From contig LGFI01000006.1 of NCBI GenBank assembly GCA_001508155.1, positions 35,157 through 99,156 on the forward strand: DNA of 64,000 bases. The letters run 5' to 3'. The notes beneath the pieces are model-generated. The model searched no databases, had not been told where the DNA came from, and saw nothing but the letters and a program-made list of their open reading frames with translations. Shown piece by piece: positions 53,985 through 64,000 of this stretch. Position 1 is the first letter of the stretch, and each line of letters begins with the position of its first letter. This DNA is from Acetothermia bacterium 64_32. Its GTDB lineage: Bacteria > Bipolaricaulota > Bipolaricaulia > Bipolaricaulales > Bipolaricaulaceae. A program made the translations under genes and the position numbers.

Positions 53985-55565
53985 ATGAAAAAACTTATGG
54001 TCGGTGTCTTTTTATCCCTGTTGATCGGGCTTTTGGTGGTCGGCCAAGGGGTTCCCCGTGAGCGGACGCTGGTCATCGCCACTGGGCTGCAGCCCTCGAC
54101 ATTGGACATCGGGGTGGGGTACGAGGCGGCCGCGATAAACGTGAACTTGGCGGTCTATGAGCGCCTTGTCCGCTATAAACCCGGGACCGTGGAGGTGGAG
54201 CCGGAGCTTGCCAAGTCCTGGACTGCCTCTCCCGACGGCTTGGTTTGGACCTTCACGCTCCATCCGGGGATCGTTTTCCATGACGGCACCCCGTGTGACG
54301 CGGCGGCGGTGGTGTTCAGCTTCCAACGGGCCGTGGCCATCAACCTCGGGCCGGCCTGGATGCTCGAACCCATAGAGAAGGTCGAGGCGGTGGATGATCT
54401 TACCGTCCGGTTCACCCTCAATCGTCCCTATCCCGAGTTCCTACAGGTTTTGGCCAACATCTTCGGCACGGGGATCGTCTCCCCCAGCGCCGTCGAGGCC
54501 CACGCCACCGCGGATGACCCCTGGGCCCAGGAGTGGCTGGCAAGCCACATGGTGGGGACCGGCCCTTACAAGTTCGTGGAGTGGGTCAAAGGCCAACACA
54601 TAATCCTCCGCCGGTTCGAGGGATACTGGCGCGGTTGGAGCGAAAAAAAGAACAACATCGAGCAGGTCATCATCCGTTACATCACCGAGCCCTCGGTACA
54701 GCGGCTCTTGCTCGAGCGGGGGGATGTGGACATCGCCATGGACATCTCCGTAGACGACTGGGCGCTTCTCAAAAACGCCTCCGGGGTAGTCCTCGTTGAA
54801 GAGCCCTCCATGCATGCCACCTACCTCCGGTTCAACTGCGCTGCCGGGCCCACCGCCGATGTGCGGGTCCGCAAGGCTGTTCGTGCTGCGCTTGACTATC
54901 AGGGGATGATCGACTACGTGCTTCAGGGGCATGCCGTGCAGATGCAGGGTGCTGCGGCCATCGGGCTCCCCTGTCATAACGACGAACTCCCCCTGCCAAA
55001 GCAGGATCTGGACCTCGCCCGGAGGCTTTTGGCCGAGGCCGGGTACCCAAACGGGGGCTTTACCTTGGAGTACGTATACGAATCCGGCCACGAGGATCGC
55101 CGTAGGGTGGGAGAGGTCCTCCAGGCGAGCCTAGCAGAGCTCGGAATCGACCTCAAGATCACCGAACTCCCCTGGCCGGACCTGTGGGAGCGGGTCTCCG
55201 CCTCTGATCCGGAGCGGACCCCGGCCATCGTGGCCAACGGTTGGTGGCCGGACTACGCCGACGTGATCAACTTCCTCTACCCCATGTACCACTCGAGCCA
55301 ATGGCCCCCGGTGGCGTTCAACATCGGCTTTTACAAGGACGAAGAGGTGGACAAGCTCCTGGATCAGGCCCAGGTGGAAACAGACCCCACCGTGCGCTGT
55401 GATCTCCTCAAGGATGTCCAAGCCCTGATCTACGACGACTGCCCCGATATCGACCTCTACCACCTTACCACCCGGGTTGCCCTGCGTGACTGGGTGAAGG
55501 GCTACGTCTACAGCCCCATCTACACCGAGGGCTTTTTCCTCTACGACATGTGGCTGGAGAAGTGA
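53985..55565 (+). CDS. ABC transporter substrate-binding protein (peptide/nickel family 5)
   Basis: Signal peptide and the SBP_bac_5 architecture. Confidence 0.9.
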   Translation: MKKLMVGVFLSLLIGLLVVGQGVPRERTLVIATGLQPSTLDIGVGYEAAAINVNLAVYERLVRYKPGTVEVEPELAKSWTASPDGLVWTFTLHPGIVFHDGTPCDAAAVVFSFQRAVAINLGPAWMLEPIEKVEAVDDLTVRFTLNRPYPEFLQVLANIFGTGIVSPSAVEAHATADDPWAQEWLASHMVGTGPYKFVEWVKGQHIILRRFEGYWRGWSEKKNNIEQVIIRYITEPSVQRLLLERGDVDIAMDISVDDWALLKNASGVVLVEEPSMHATYLRFNCAAGPTADVRVRKAVRAALDYQGMIDYVLQGHAVQMQGAAAIGLPCHNDELPLPKQDLDLARRLLAEAGYPNGGFTLEYVYESGHEDRRRVGEVLQASLAELGIDLKITELPWPDLWERVSASDPERTPAIVANGWWPDYADVINFLYPMYHSSQWPPVAFNIGFYKDEEVDKLLDQAQVETDPTVRCDLLKDVQALIYDDCPDIDLYHLTTRVALRDWVKGYVYSPIYTEGFFLYDMWLEK

Positions 55566-55609
55566 GGGGGATGTGAAGGGAGGGGCCTTAAGGCCCCTCC
55601 CTTTCTATC

Positions 55610-56617
55610 ATGTGGGCATACTTTCTGCGCCGGCTGGGATACACCTTGGTAACCCTCTGGGGGCTTACGCTTATCACCTTCGTGCTCACCAGGGTGGTCC
55701 CGGGGGACCCAGCCCGCACCGCCGCTGGTCCACAAGCCCGGCAAGAGCAGGTGGAGGAGGTTCGGAAACTTTACGGGCTGGACAAGCCCCTGTGGGTTCA
55801 GTATGGGGTATATATGAGAAACCTGCTCCGTGGTGATTTCGGAAAATCCCTATGGTCTAAACAGCCCGTTGTGACGGATATCAAGGCGTATTTTCTTCCC
55901 ACCTTGGAGTTAGGTGTTTTCGCGGGCGTCCTTTTCTTTACGCTGGGAGTCCCCCTCGGCGTTTTATCTGCCGTTTACCGTAACAGCCTTTTGGATCACG
56001 GATCGCGTCTTCTCTCACTGGCCGGGGTTTCTCTCCCCGTATTTATCCTCGGCTTGCTGCTTCAGCTCGTTTTCTACAAGCTCCTCGGTTGGTTTCCGGC
56101 AGGGGGCCGATTCGATCCGTTCGTCTCGCCCCCACAACACCTCACAGGCCTTTATATCCTGGATAGCCTGCTAACCGGGAACTGGAAGGCCCTCGCCTGT
56201 TCTTTACACCATATATTCCTTCCAGCGGTTACCTTGGCTTACGGGTCCCTGGCCGTGGTTTCGCGTATGACTCGCGCCAGCCTCCTAGAGGTATTCGGCC
56301 AAGATTATATAAAGACCGCCAGAGCTAAGGGGCTTTCAGAGCGGGCAGTGCTGCTCAAGCATGCGCTGCGCAATGCCATGGTGCCCATCCTTACGATAAC
56401 CGGGCTCCAGGTCGGCTCCCTGCTCGGAGGGGTGCTTCTTGTAGAGGTTATCTTTTCCTGGCCTGGACTAGGCACTTATGCTTATACAGCCGTCACGGTG
56501 CTCGATGTTAATGCGATCATGGCCATCACCCTGATCACTGGGATCATCTACACGGGTGTGAATTTCTTGGTTGATTTCCTTTATACAGTGGTTGACCCAA
56601 GGATTAGGTATCAATGA
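55610..56617 (+). CDS. ABC transporter permease (DppB/OppB-like)
   Basis: BPD_transp_1 EAA loop and an N-terminal IxRLLxxIP-like region. Confidence 0.9.
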   Translation: MWAYFLRRLGYTLVTLWGLTLITFVLTRVVPGDPARTAAGPQARQEQVEEVRKLYGLDKPLWVQYGVYMRNLLRGDFGKSLWSKQPVVTDIKAYFLPTLELGVFAGVLFFTLGVPLGVLSAVYRNSLLDHGSRLLSLAGVSLPVFILGLLLQLVFYKLLGWFPAGGRFDPFVSPPQHLTGLYILDSLLTGNWKALACSLHHIFLPAVTLAYGSLAVVSRMTRASLLEVFGQDYIKTARAKGLSERAVLLKHALRNAMVPILTITGLQVGSLLGGVLLVEVIFSWPGLGTYAYTAVTVLDVNAIMAITLITGIIYTGVNFLVDFLYTVVDPRIRYQ

Positions 56618-57462
56618 TAGAAGGGCTTTTTGGCATATGGAGGTTTGTGCGGCCGAGCAGGAACCCTTTGGGTTTCCTCGGGGTGGTGCTGGTTGCGGGG
56701 GTGGCCATCTGTGCGGTGATGGCCCCAATGCTGGCACCCTACAGTCCCTACAAAGTGGAGCTGGCAGCAAGGTTGCACCCCCCGTCTTGGGAACACCCCT
56801 TCGGAACGGATGAGCTCGGTCGGGATATCCTGTCCCGTGTCTTGGTCGGAACGAGGATATCCCTCCAGGCGGCAGTGGTAATCATAGGGCTGTCGGTCAT
56901 CCTGGGCACCCTCCTCGGCACGATGGGAGCGCTGACCGGGGGATGGGTGGATGACGTGCTTATGAGGCTCACCGATTCTTTCCTGGCTTTTCCCTATCTC
57001 ATCTTTGCCATGCTTGTATCAGCCGTGTTGGGTCCTAGCCTCCCCAACGCGATGCTCGCCATCTCGGTCACCTGGTGGCCTTGGTACGCACGCCTTGCCA
57101 GGGGACAAGTGTTGTCGATAAAAGGCCAGCTTTACGTAGAGGCTGCCAGAGCAGTGGGCGTTGGAGGAATGAGACTTTTCTTTTACTACCTTTTAAGGAA
57201 TGCTCTGTCGCCGTTGATCGTGCAGGCGACCTTGGACGTTGGGTATGCAATCCTTTTGACCTCCAGCCTGAGCTTCATCGGCTTGGGGGCACAACCCCCA
57301 ACCCCGGAGTGGGGCCGCATGGTAGCAGATGGGCGGCAGTACCTGCTCTCTTATTGGTGGGTTCCCATCTTCCCTGGGCTCGCCATCTTCGTCACTGTGC
57401 TTGGGTTCAACTTAATCGGCGATGCAATCCGGGATTTCGCGGATCCGAGGACGAGGAGATGA
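56614..57462 (+). CDS. ABC transporter permease (DppC/OppC-like)
   Basis: OppC-type permease. ATGA coupling. Confidence 0.9.
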   Translation: MIEGLFGIWRFVRPSRNPLGFLGVVLVAGVAICAVMAPMLAPYSPYKVELAARLHPPSWEHPFGTDELGRDILSRVLVGTRISLQAAVVIIGLSVILGTLLGTMGALTGGWVDDVLMRLTDSFLAFPYLIFAMLVSAVLGPSLPNAMLAISVTWWPWYARLARGQVLSIKGQLYVEAARAVGVGGMRLFFYYLLRNALSPLIVQATLDVGYAILLTSSLSFIGLGAQPPTPEWGRMVADGRQYLLSYWWVPIFPGLAIFVTVLGFNLIGDAIRDFADPRTRR

Positions 57463-58370
57463 ACTCAAAGCTAGTTTCCATTGGGGATATCAACTGGGAT
57501 GTGATAGTGAGGGTTCCCGGGCTCCCCGGGCCGGATGGGGAGGTGGAGGCAAGCGGCCTTTCGGAGGCCCCGGGCGGGGACGCCTGCAACGTGGCGGTGG
57601 CCTTCTCCCTGCTGGGCGGCCGGGCCGGGATGATCGGGGCCGTGGGCCAAGACCCGGTGGGGGAGGCCCTCCTGCGGCGGCTTTCGGAGGCGGGCGTGGA
57701 CACGGCCGGGGTCAGGCGCGTTGACCTCCCCACCGGCAGGGCCTTCTCCCTGGTGGAGCCGGGCGGGGAGCGCCGGTTGCTTTACCTGCGCGGGGCAAAC
57801 TCCCTCCGGAAACTGGAGGAAGCCGACCTCGAGCTGCTCGGGGAGGCGGACTGGATATTCCTGGCCGACCCCCTCCCCTTTACCGTGGCGCAGCTGGGCG
57901 GCTGGCTTGCGGCCGGGAAGATAAGAAAAGGGCTCGCTCTGGACCCTGGATCGGGCGGCGCGGCAAAAGGCCTTGGCTTCTTCTCCCCCTTGCTCCCCCA
58001 CCTTTCCGTGCTTTTCCTAAACGAGCCGGAGGCGCTCGCCCTCTCCTCCCAGGACGAGCTGAAAAGCGCCGTCCAAAGCCTCCTTCAACTTGTCCCCCTG
58101 GTGGTGGTAAAGAGGGGACGAAAGGGGGCCCTGGCCGCCTCCCAAGAGGGGACCTTCCATTCCACCGCCCTCCCGGTAAGGGCAGTGGATACCACCGGCT
58201 GCGGCGACGCCTTCAACGCCGCCTTCCTCCTCTCCTGGATCCAAGGAAGTTCCCTGCAGGAGGCGCTTCTCTGGGGCAACGCGGCCGGGGCAATCGTGGC
58301 CACAAGATACGGCGCCCAGATGCCAACAAAAAAAGAGCTGGAAGAACTTGTAAAGGAGGTGAAAAGGTGA
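57459..58370 (+). CDS. PfkB family carbohydrate kinase
   Basis: Motifs GGDACNVAVA and DTTGCGDAFNAAFL. The ORF track draws an upstream extension from 57075, which I judge spurious. Confidence 0.85.
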   Translation: MNSKLVSIGDINWDVIVRVPGLPGPDGEVEASGLSEAPGGDACNVAVAFSLLGGRAGMIGAVGQDPVGEALLRRLSEAGVDTAGVRRVDLPTGRAFSLVEPGGERRLLYLRGANSLRKLEEADLELLGEADWIFLADPLPFTVAQLGGWLAAGKIRKGLALDPGSGGAAKGLGFFSPLLPHLSVLFLNEPEALALSSQDELKSAVQSLLQLVPLVVVKRGRKGALAASQEGTFHSTALPVRAVDTTGCGDAFNAAFLLSWIQGSSLQEALLWGNAAGAIVATRYGAQMPTKKELEELVKEVKR

Positions 58371-59185
58371 GCCTTTCTCATCTTTTTGAAGTTAAAAAGC
58401 CCATAGTTGGGATGGTCCATCTTCCTCCGCTTCCCGGCTCCCCGGGCCATCGGGGGGGGCCTTTGGAGGGGATCGTTCGGTTTGCCCTTCGGGAGGCCAA
58501 GGCCCTGGAGGAGGGAGGGGTGGATGCGATCCTGGTGGAGAACTTCCACGACTACCCCTACCCCACCGACAGGGTCCCCACCCCCACCCTGATCGCCATG
58601 GCGGCCGTGGCCTACCGGGTCAAGGAATCCACTTCCCTCCCGGTAGGGGTAAACCTTCTCTTCAACGACGCAGAGGATGAGCTTTACCTGGCCTGGTGCC
58701 TGGGGCTTGATTTCATCCGGGTGGAGGGGTTCGTGGATCTCCTCTTCTCCGACATGGGCCCGCTTTTCCCAAAGGCCCCCGACCTTATGCGGCTCAGGCG
58801 CCTGCTTGGCGCCGAATCGGTGGCCATCCTGGCCGACGTGCAGGGGAAGTACACCCACCCCTACCCTGAACGGCCCCTCCTGGAGTCCGCCCGGGACGCC
58901 TTCGAACGCGGTGGGGCCGAGGCAGTGATCCTCACCGGGGCCCGCACCGGCCAGGCCGCCCCATTGGAAACCGTACGGTTTTTGAAAGAAAAGTTCCCGG
59001 AAAAGAAGATCCTGTTGGGCAGCGGGATAACCCCGGAGGCGATTCCCGAGCTCCTGGCGGTGGCCGATGGGGCGATCGTGGGCAGCTACTTCAAGCAGGA
59101 GGGGAAGGTGGAAAACCCGGTGGACCCGGCCCGGGTGCGCAGGCTGATGCGGGTGGCGCGAAGGGCCAGAGGGGAGGGGGGATGA
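58367..59185 (+). CDS. BtpA/SgcQ family protein
   Basis: IVGMVHLPPLPGSP...VDAILVENFHD (BtpA TIM-barrel family). Confidence 0.8.
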   Translation: MSLSHLFEVKKPIVGMVHLPPLPGSPGHRGGPLEGIVRFALREAKALEEGGVDAILVENFHDYPYPTDRVPTPTLIAMAAVAYRVKESTSLPVGVNLLFNDAEDELYLAWCLGLDFIRVEGFVDLLFSDMGPLFPKAPDLMRLRRLLGAESVAILADVQGKYTHPYPERPLLESARDAFERGGAEAVILTGARTGQAAPLETVRFLKEKFPEKKILLGSGITPEAIPELLAVADGAIVGSYFKQEGKVENPVDPARVRRLMRVARRARGEGG

Positions 59186-60459
59186 AGGTCCTCGTCGTCG
59201 GACACGGGGCGCGGGAGCACGCCATCGCGGCGGCCCTATGCCGTTCCCCCTCCCGGCCGCGGCTGTTCGCCTACATGGCCACCCCCAACCCGGGGATAAA
59301 GGCCCTGGTGGAGGACTGGAAAGAAGGGGACCTGGGTGATGTAGCTTCCCTCCTTGATTACGTCGCCCGGATAAGGCCCCGGCTTGTAGTGTTCGGGCCC
59401 GAGACGCCACTTGCCGCAGGAGCCGTCGACGCCCTCGAGGAGCGGGGCGTCCCCTGTGTGGGGCCGAAGAAGGCACTGGCCCAGATAGAGATGGACAAGT
59501 CCTTCATGCGGGATTTCATGGCCCGGAATTTGGGCAGGGGGTTCCCGCGCTGGTGGGTGCTCAGCGACCTTCCCGCCGTGGAAAGGCGCCTGCGGGAGTG
59601 CCCGGATGTGGTCCTAAAGCCCCTGGGCCTTACCGGGGGCAAGGGCGTGCGCGTCATGGGGAAGCAGCTTTCGGACATCGGCCAGGCCCTACGGTACGCC
59701 CAGGGGTGCCTGGAAAGGGACGGCGCCATCCTGATAGAGGAGCGCCTGGAGGGGGAGGAGTTCTCCCTCATGGTGTTCACGGACGGGAGGAAGGTCCTCC
59801 CCATGCCCCTGGTGCAAGACTACAAATACGCCTACGAGGGGGATAAGGGGCCGATGACGGGGGGCATGGGCTCTTATTCCTGCGCCGACCATCTCCTCCC
59901 CTTCCTCGGGGAAGGGGACGCCGAGGCCGCGTTCGAGATAGTAAAAGAGGCCGTGGTGAACCTGGGGCGGGAGGCCGGCGCCTCTTACCGGGGCATCCTG
60001 TACGGCCAGTTCATGCAGACGCAAGATGGCCCAAAGGTCATAGAGTTCAACGCGCGCTTTGGGGACCCGGAGGCGATGAACGTGCTCTCCCTCCTCAGGA
60101 CCGACCCCCTGGAGGTGTTTTCCTCCATCGCCGCAGGGGACCTGGTTGATGGGGTGAGGTTTGCAAAACAGGCCACCGTGTGCCGATACCTTGTTCCCGA
60201 GGGGTACCCGGAGAGCCCCAGGGTGGGGCTCCGGTTCTCCTTGCCGGTGGAAGAGCTCTCGGGGCTGGGGGTGGAGGTCTACTTCGGCTCGGTCTCCGAG
60301 GCCGATGGCATGTATGTGACCACCGGCTCAAGGAGTGTGGCCCTTCTCACCAGAGGGGAGAGCCCCGAGGCGGCGCGGGCGCTGTTGGATGGGGTTTTGG
60401 AGCGTTACAGTCCTCCGGGGCTTTATTTCCGCCGTGATATCCCCAAGCTCCCCGCGTGA
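59182..60459 (+). CDS. purD: Phosphoribosylamine--glycine ligase
   Basis: ATP-grasp PurD architecture (MKVLVVGHGAREHA...GDPE). Confidence 0.9.
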   Translation: MKVLVVGHGAREHAIAAALCRSPSRPRLFAYMATPNPGIKALVEDWKEGDLGDVASLLDYVARIRPRLVVFGPETPLAAGAVDALEERGVPCVGPKKALAQIEMDKSFMRDFMARNLGRGFPRWWVLSDLPAVERRLRECPDVVLKPLGLTGGKGVRVMGKQLSDIGQALRYAQGCLERDGAILIEERLEGEEFSLMVFTDGRKVLPMPLVQDYKYAYEGDKGPMTGGMGSYSCADHLLPFLGEGDAEAAFEIVKEAVVNLGREAGASYRGILYGQFMQTQDGPKVIEFNARFGDPEAMNVLSLLRTDPLEVFSSIAAGDLVDGVRFAKQATVCRYLVPEGYPESPRVGLRFSLPVEELSGLGVEVYFGSVSEADGMYVTTGSRSVALLTRGESPEAARALLDGVLERYSPPGLYFRRDIPKLPA

Positions 60460-60461
60460 GG

Positions 60462-61328
60462 TCAGAGGACCCCCCGCAGCCTGGGGTCCAGGGCGTCCCT
60501 GAGGCCGTCCCCCAGGAGGTTGAACCCCAGTACTGTGAGCATGATGGCCAAGCCGGGGAACGTGGCGAACCACCAGGCCGTGCGGAGGTACTTGCGCCCC
60601 TCGGACAGCATGGCCCCCCAATCCGGGGTTGGGGGCTGGGCCCCGAGCCCCAGGAAGCTGAGGGTCGCCGCCGAGAGGATGGCCGTGGCCATCCGCAGGC
60701 TCGCCAGGACGAGGATGGGGGCGATGCAGTTCGGCAGAAGATGCCGCAGTGCCACCCGAAACGATCCGCATCCCATCGCCCTGGCGGCCTGGACGAAGTC
60801 CTCCTCCCGGAGCCGCAGGACCGAGGCCCTGACCATCCGGGCGAACATCGGCACCGACCACACCCCCACCGCTATCATCACGTTGAACAGCCCCGGCCCC
60901 AGGATCGCCACCACCACTAAAGCGAGAAGCACCCCCGGGAAGGCCATCATGATGTCTATGATCCTCATTATGATGTCATCCCACCATCTTCCCCCGTATC
61001 CGGCGGCCAGCCCCAACGGGACCCCTATCCCCAACCCAATCCCCACGGAGATGAAGCCAACCATGAGGGAGATCCTAGCCCCGAAGAAGATCCGACTTAA
61101 GAGGTCCCTTCCGTGGGCGTCGGTGCCCAAAGGGTGTTCAGGGCTCGGGGGCTTTAGCCTTTCCAAGAGGTGTTGTTCATAGGGGTCGTGGGGGGAGAAG
61201 AAAGGGGCACAGATGGCCACCAGGGAAACCGACAGGATGACGGCAAGGCCCAACAAGGCGTTCTTGCTGCGAAAAAGCCGCCGCAGGAGGTCCTTACTCA
61301 TAGCGGATCCTCGGGTCCAGGAGCCCAT
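60462..61328 (-). CDS. ABC transporter permease (DppC/OppC-like)
   Basis: OppC-type permease. Confidence 0.9.
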   Translation of the reverse strand: MGSWTRGSAMSKDLLRRLFRSKNALLGLAVILSVSLVAICAPFFSPHDPYEQHLLERLKPPSPEHPLGTDAHGRDLLSRIFFGARISLMVGFISVGIGLGIGVPLGLAAGYGGRWWDDIIMRIIDIMMAFPGVLLALVVVAILGPGLFNVMIAVGVWSVPMFARMVRASVLRLREEDFVQAARAMGCGSFRVALRHLLPNCIAPILVLASLRMATAILSAATLSFLGLGAQPPTPDWGAMLSEGRKYLRTAWWFATFPGLAIMLTVLGFNLLGDGLRDALDPRLRGVL

Positions 61329-62235
61329 AGAGGAGGTCGACTGCTAGGTTTATCAGGGAAAAGGAGGCGGCCATGAGGAGAACCCCACCCCGGATCACGG
61401 GGAAGTCCCGGGCGAAGATGGAGTGGACCAGGAGCCTTCCGATCCCGGGCCAGGCGAACACGCTCTCGATCACCACCGTCCCCCCAAGGAGCCACCCGAA
61501 CTGCATCCCCGCCATGGTGACCACGGGGATGAGGGCGTTCCTCAGGGCATGCCGCATCACCACGCGCCGCTCTGAAAGGCCCTTGGATCTGGCGGTGGTG
61601 ACGTAGTTCTGGTTCAGGACCTCAAGCAGCGAGGACCGGGTGAGCCGGGACAGCATGGCGGCCGCGCCCAGGCCCAGGGTGAGGGAGGGGAGGATTATGT
61701 GGCGAAGCCACTCCCAGCTTAGGAAGGGCTCCCCCCGACCCGAGGCAGGGAGCCATCTTAAGGTCAGGGAGAAGAGGAGCATCAACATCAAGCCTCGCCA
61801 GAAGCTGGGCATGCTCACCCCCAGGACCGCCGTGGTCATGGTGAGGTAGTCCCACACGGTGTTCGCTTTGGTGGCGGAGATCACCCCCGCCGGTATCGCG
61901 ATCAGCAGGGCTATGAGGAGGCTGATCACCGCCAGCTCCGCCGTGGCGGGGAAGCGCGCAAGGAGGCTCTCCGCCAACGGCCTCCCCGTGCGGATGGACT
62001 CCCCGAGATCTCCCCTGAGAACGGCCCCGATATAGCGGAGGTACTGTACATGCAAAGGAAGATCCAAACCGAGTTTCTTCCGCATGAGCTCGATGTCCTC
62101 CTGGGAGGCATCGATCCCCGCCATCACCCGGGCTGGATCGCCGGGGACGAGGTGGACCATGAGGAAGGTCAAGACCGATACGGCAAAGAGGATAAACACC
62201 AAATAAAGAAGTCGCCTGACTATATACGCGAGCAT
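61294..62235 (-). CDS. ABC transporter permease (DppB/OppB-like)
   Basis: OppB-type permease. Confidence 0.9.
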   Translation of the reverse strand: MLAYIVRRLLYLVFILFAVSVLTFLMVHLVPGDPARVMAGIDASQEDIELMRKKLGLDLPLHVQYLRYIGAVLRGDLGESIRTGRPLAESLLARFPATAELAVISLLIALLIAIPAGVISATKANTVWDYLTMTTAVLGVSMPSFWRGLMLMLLFSLTLRWLPASGRGEPFLSWEWLRHIILPSLTLGLGAAAMLSRLTRSSLLEVLNQNYVTTARSKGLSERRVVMRHALRNALIPVVTMAGMQFGWLLGGTVVIESVFAWPGIGRLLVHSIFARDFPVIRGGVLLMAASFSLINLAVDLLYGLLDPRIRYE

Positions 62236-62282
62236 CTGGCCTGTATCAGGGGCCGGGGGTTAACCCCCGGCCCCCAGGGACC

Positions 62283-63836
62283 TCACCCCCCCTCCAGCCA
62301 TGCCTGGAGGAGATCCAACGTCCTGGTACTGGAGTAACGATAGCCATTCAGGCGCGAGGTGTGAGCCGCGATCCCCAAGTGGTTATACAGGGGGATGAAG
62401 ACGGCATCCCGGTGGATGATCTCCTGCGCCTGGCGATACAGCTCCTTGCGGGTTTCCTTGTCCACCACGGTGACGGCCTGGGTCAGGATTTGGTCTAGCT
62501 CGGGGTTGGAGTAGCCAAAGAGGGCAGCCCGCCCGCCGGTCTTCACCAGGGCATCTGTGAACTTGGAGGGTTCGAAGGTGGACTGCATCCAGCCCAGGAA
62601 CACCATGTCGAAGTCCTCGGCGAACACCCGATCCACCCACGTCCCCCATTCCAGGACCTCCACCGTGGCAGCCACCCCGATTGCCTTCCACTGGTGCATG
62701 GCCACTTCGCAGATCTCCTTGTCGCGGAGATAGCGGCCATCGGGGGACATGATGGTGAACCTGAGCTCCATCCCGTCCTTCTCCCGGACCCCGTCACCGT
62801 CGACATCTATCCAGCCCGCCTCCTCCAGAAGCGCTTTGGCCTTTTCAGGGTCGTACTCATAACGGCCCGGGTCGTGATAGGCCCAGCTGTTCACGGGGAT
62901 GACGCTGTTGCCGATGATGGCCACCCCTTTCAGGAAGGCCGCAAAGATCTCTTCCACGTTCAGGGCATGGCTCAGGGCCCGGCGCACCCGTACGTCCGCA
63001 AAGGGCGGGAAGTGCTTTTGGTGGAACCACAGGCCGCGGATGCTGGCATAGGGGGCACGTTGGACCACGATATCGGGGTTGGATTCAAGCCGCCCAAGCT
63101 CCTCCGGCGGGACCTCAAAGATCAGGTCTACCCCGCCGGTTTCCAGCTCCACCACCCGGGTGGTGAGCTCGGGGATGGGGCGGAAGATCACCTTCTCCAG
63201 CTTAGGGGCTCCCGCCCAGTAATCCTCGTTCCTAACCAGCACCACCTGTTCGGCCTCTTGATATTCCTCAAAAATGAAGGGGCCGGTGCCCACGGGGTTG
63301 AGGGCGATCTTCTCCCCGTATCTTTCCACCGCAGCGGGGCTTGCAATCATGGTCGCGTTGCTGATGACGTAGCTTTCGATGAAGGCCACGTCGGGCCGGG
63401 CGAGCACGAAGCGGACCGTGTACGGATCTGGTACCTGTATCTCGCTTATCAAGCTAGCGTACATGTTGCGTTGGGGGCTGGCCCACGCCGGATCGAGCAG
63501 CCGCTCGAAATGGGCCTTGACGGCATGGGCGTCGAATGGGGTCCCGTCGTGGAAGGTCACCCCCTCACGCAGGTGGAACGTGTAAACGGTGGCATCCTCG
63601 GAGACCTCCCAGGAGGAAGCCAGCCCCGGGCGGAGCGAGCCGTCGAAATCGAACTCCACTAAGGTGTCGTAAATGAGGTCGGCTACTGTACTGGACGGGG
63701 CATCTTGTATGTAAATGGGATCAAGTTTTGTGATGTCGGTGGGAAGGGCGATCTTCAAGGTCCCACCTTCTCCCAACGCAAAACCGAAGTAGAACCATGC
63801 CAAAATGATAATGCCTAAAAGCTTATGGATTTTCAC
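62283..63836 (-). CDS. ABC transporter substrate-binding protein (family 5)
   Basis: N-terminal signal/TM segment and the SBP_bac_5 architecture. Confidence 0.9.
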   Translation of the reverse strand: MKIHKLLGIIILAWFYFGFALGEGGTLKIALPTDITKLDPIYIQDAPSSTVADLIYDTLVEFDFDGSLRPGLASSWEVSEDATVYTFHLREGVTFHDGTPFDAHAVKAHFERLLDPAWASPQRNMYASLISEIQVPDPYTVRFVLARPDVAFIESYVISNATMIASPAAVERYGEKIALNPVGTGPFIFEEYQEAEQVVLVRNEDYWAGAPKLEKVIFRPIPELTTRVVELETGGVDLIFEVPPEELGRLESNPDIVVQRAPYASIRGLWFHQKHFPPFADVRVRRALSHALNVEEIFAAFLKGVAIIGNSVIPVNSWAYHDPGRYEYDPEKAKALLEEAGWIDVDGDGVREKDGMELRFTIMSPDGRYLRDKEICEVAMHQWKAIGVAATVEVLEWGTWVDRVFAEDFDMVFLGWMQSTFEPSKFTDALVKTGGRAALFGYSNPELDQILTQAVTVVDKETRKELYRQAQEIIHRDAVFIPLYNHLGIAAHTSRLNGYRYSSTRTLDLLQAWLEGG

Positions 63837-64000
63837 GTTTTTCTCACCTCCTGGATGTACCGCTTGGCACAGGAAGGCTTTTTATCATCACCCCCTTTCC
63901 GTGCCGTTTGAAAGTACTTGTTTAGCGTGAGTAGCCCTCGGGGCTGAAGTTTTCCTGCCTAGCGGCAAAGTTCCCTTGGAAAGGTGCTTTATGTAATACA

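Overview
This is a high-GC (roughly 65-68%), gene-dense bacterial chromosomal segment with genes on both strands. All calls come from reading the supplied ORF translations and motifs in the sequence; no database search was run, and self-indexed coordinates may be off by 1-2 nt.

The window appears to hold the replication-origin neighbourhood. A promoter-led array of six tRNAs (Lys-CTT, Lys-TTT, Glu-TTC, Val-TAC, Asp-GTC, Phe-GAA) sits directly upstream of dnaA. A cluster of at least eight DnaA-box 9-mers lies just downstream of dnaA. This is followed by a DUF721/DciA-like zinc-ribbon protein, a candidate helicase loader, and hslVU. dnaN is not adjacent.

Housekeeping genes present include rarA, rpsA, cmk, ispE, hutI, gmk, acpS, yicC, ychF, sucD, tpiA, pgsA, rsmH-ftsL-ftsI and purD.

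Accessory content:
1. A lower-GC island (about 24.6-26.8 kb) carries an intact metzincin-like Zn-metalloprotease gene inside a decayed ABC-2 exporter operon. The ATPase is reduced to its C-terminal ~70 aa and the permease is split by two frameshifts.
2. An SLH-domain protein, an outer-membrane protein, a MATE transporter and a CsaB pyruvyltransferase form an envelope-tether cluster.
3. There are two arsenic-type clusters: arsR-acr3-arsC, and a second ArsR-controlled seven-gene operon. The second operon has an ArsP-like CSC-motif permease, a DGC zinc-binding protein, a redox-active-disulfide protein and a secreted DUF1573/tandem-rhodanese protein.
4. A decayed defence island (44.9-49.3 kb) holds a type I R-M hsdM N-terminal remnant, VapBC, HepT/MntA, and an AbiEi-like gene followed by a multiply disrupted AbiEii-like nucleotidyltransferase pseudogene.
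5. A GT2 glycosyltransferase, a periplasmic protein, an acyltransferase and a lipocalin form a lipid-related cluster.
6. There are two oligopeptide-type ABC importer gene sets with no ATPase genes. One sits in a GntR-PfkB-BtpA/SgcQ operon.

A ~110-nt structured intergenic element with 12-bp terminal inverted repeats occurs twice (12.35 kb and 37.8 kb). No CRISPR array, rRNA gene or intact transposase/integrase was seen.
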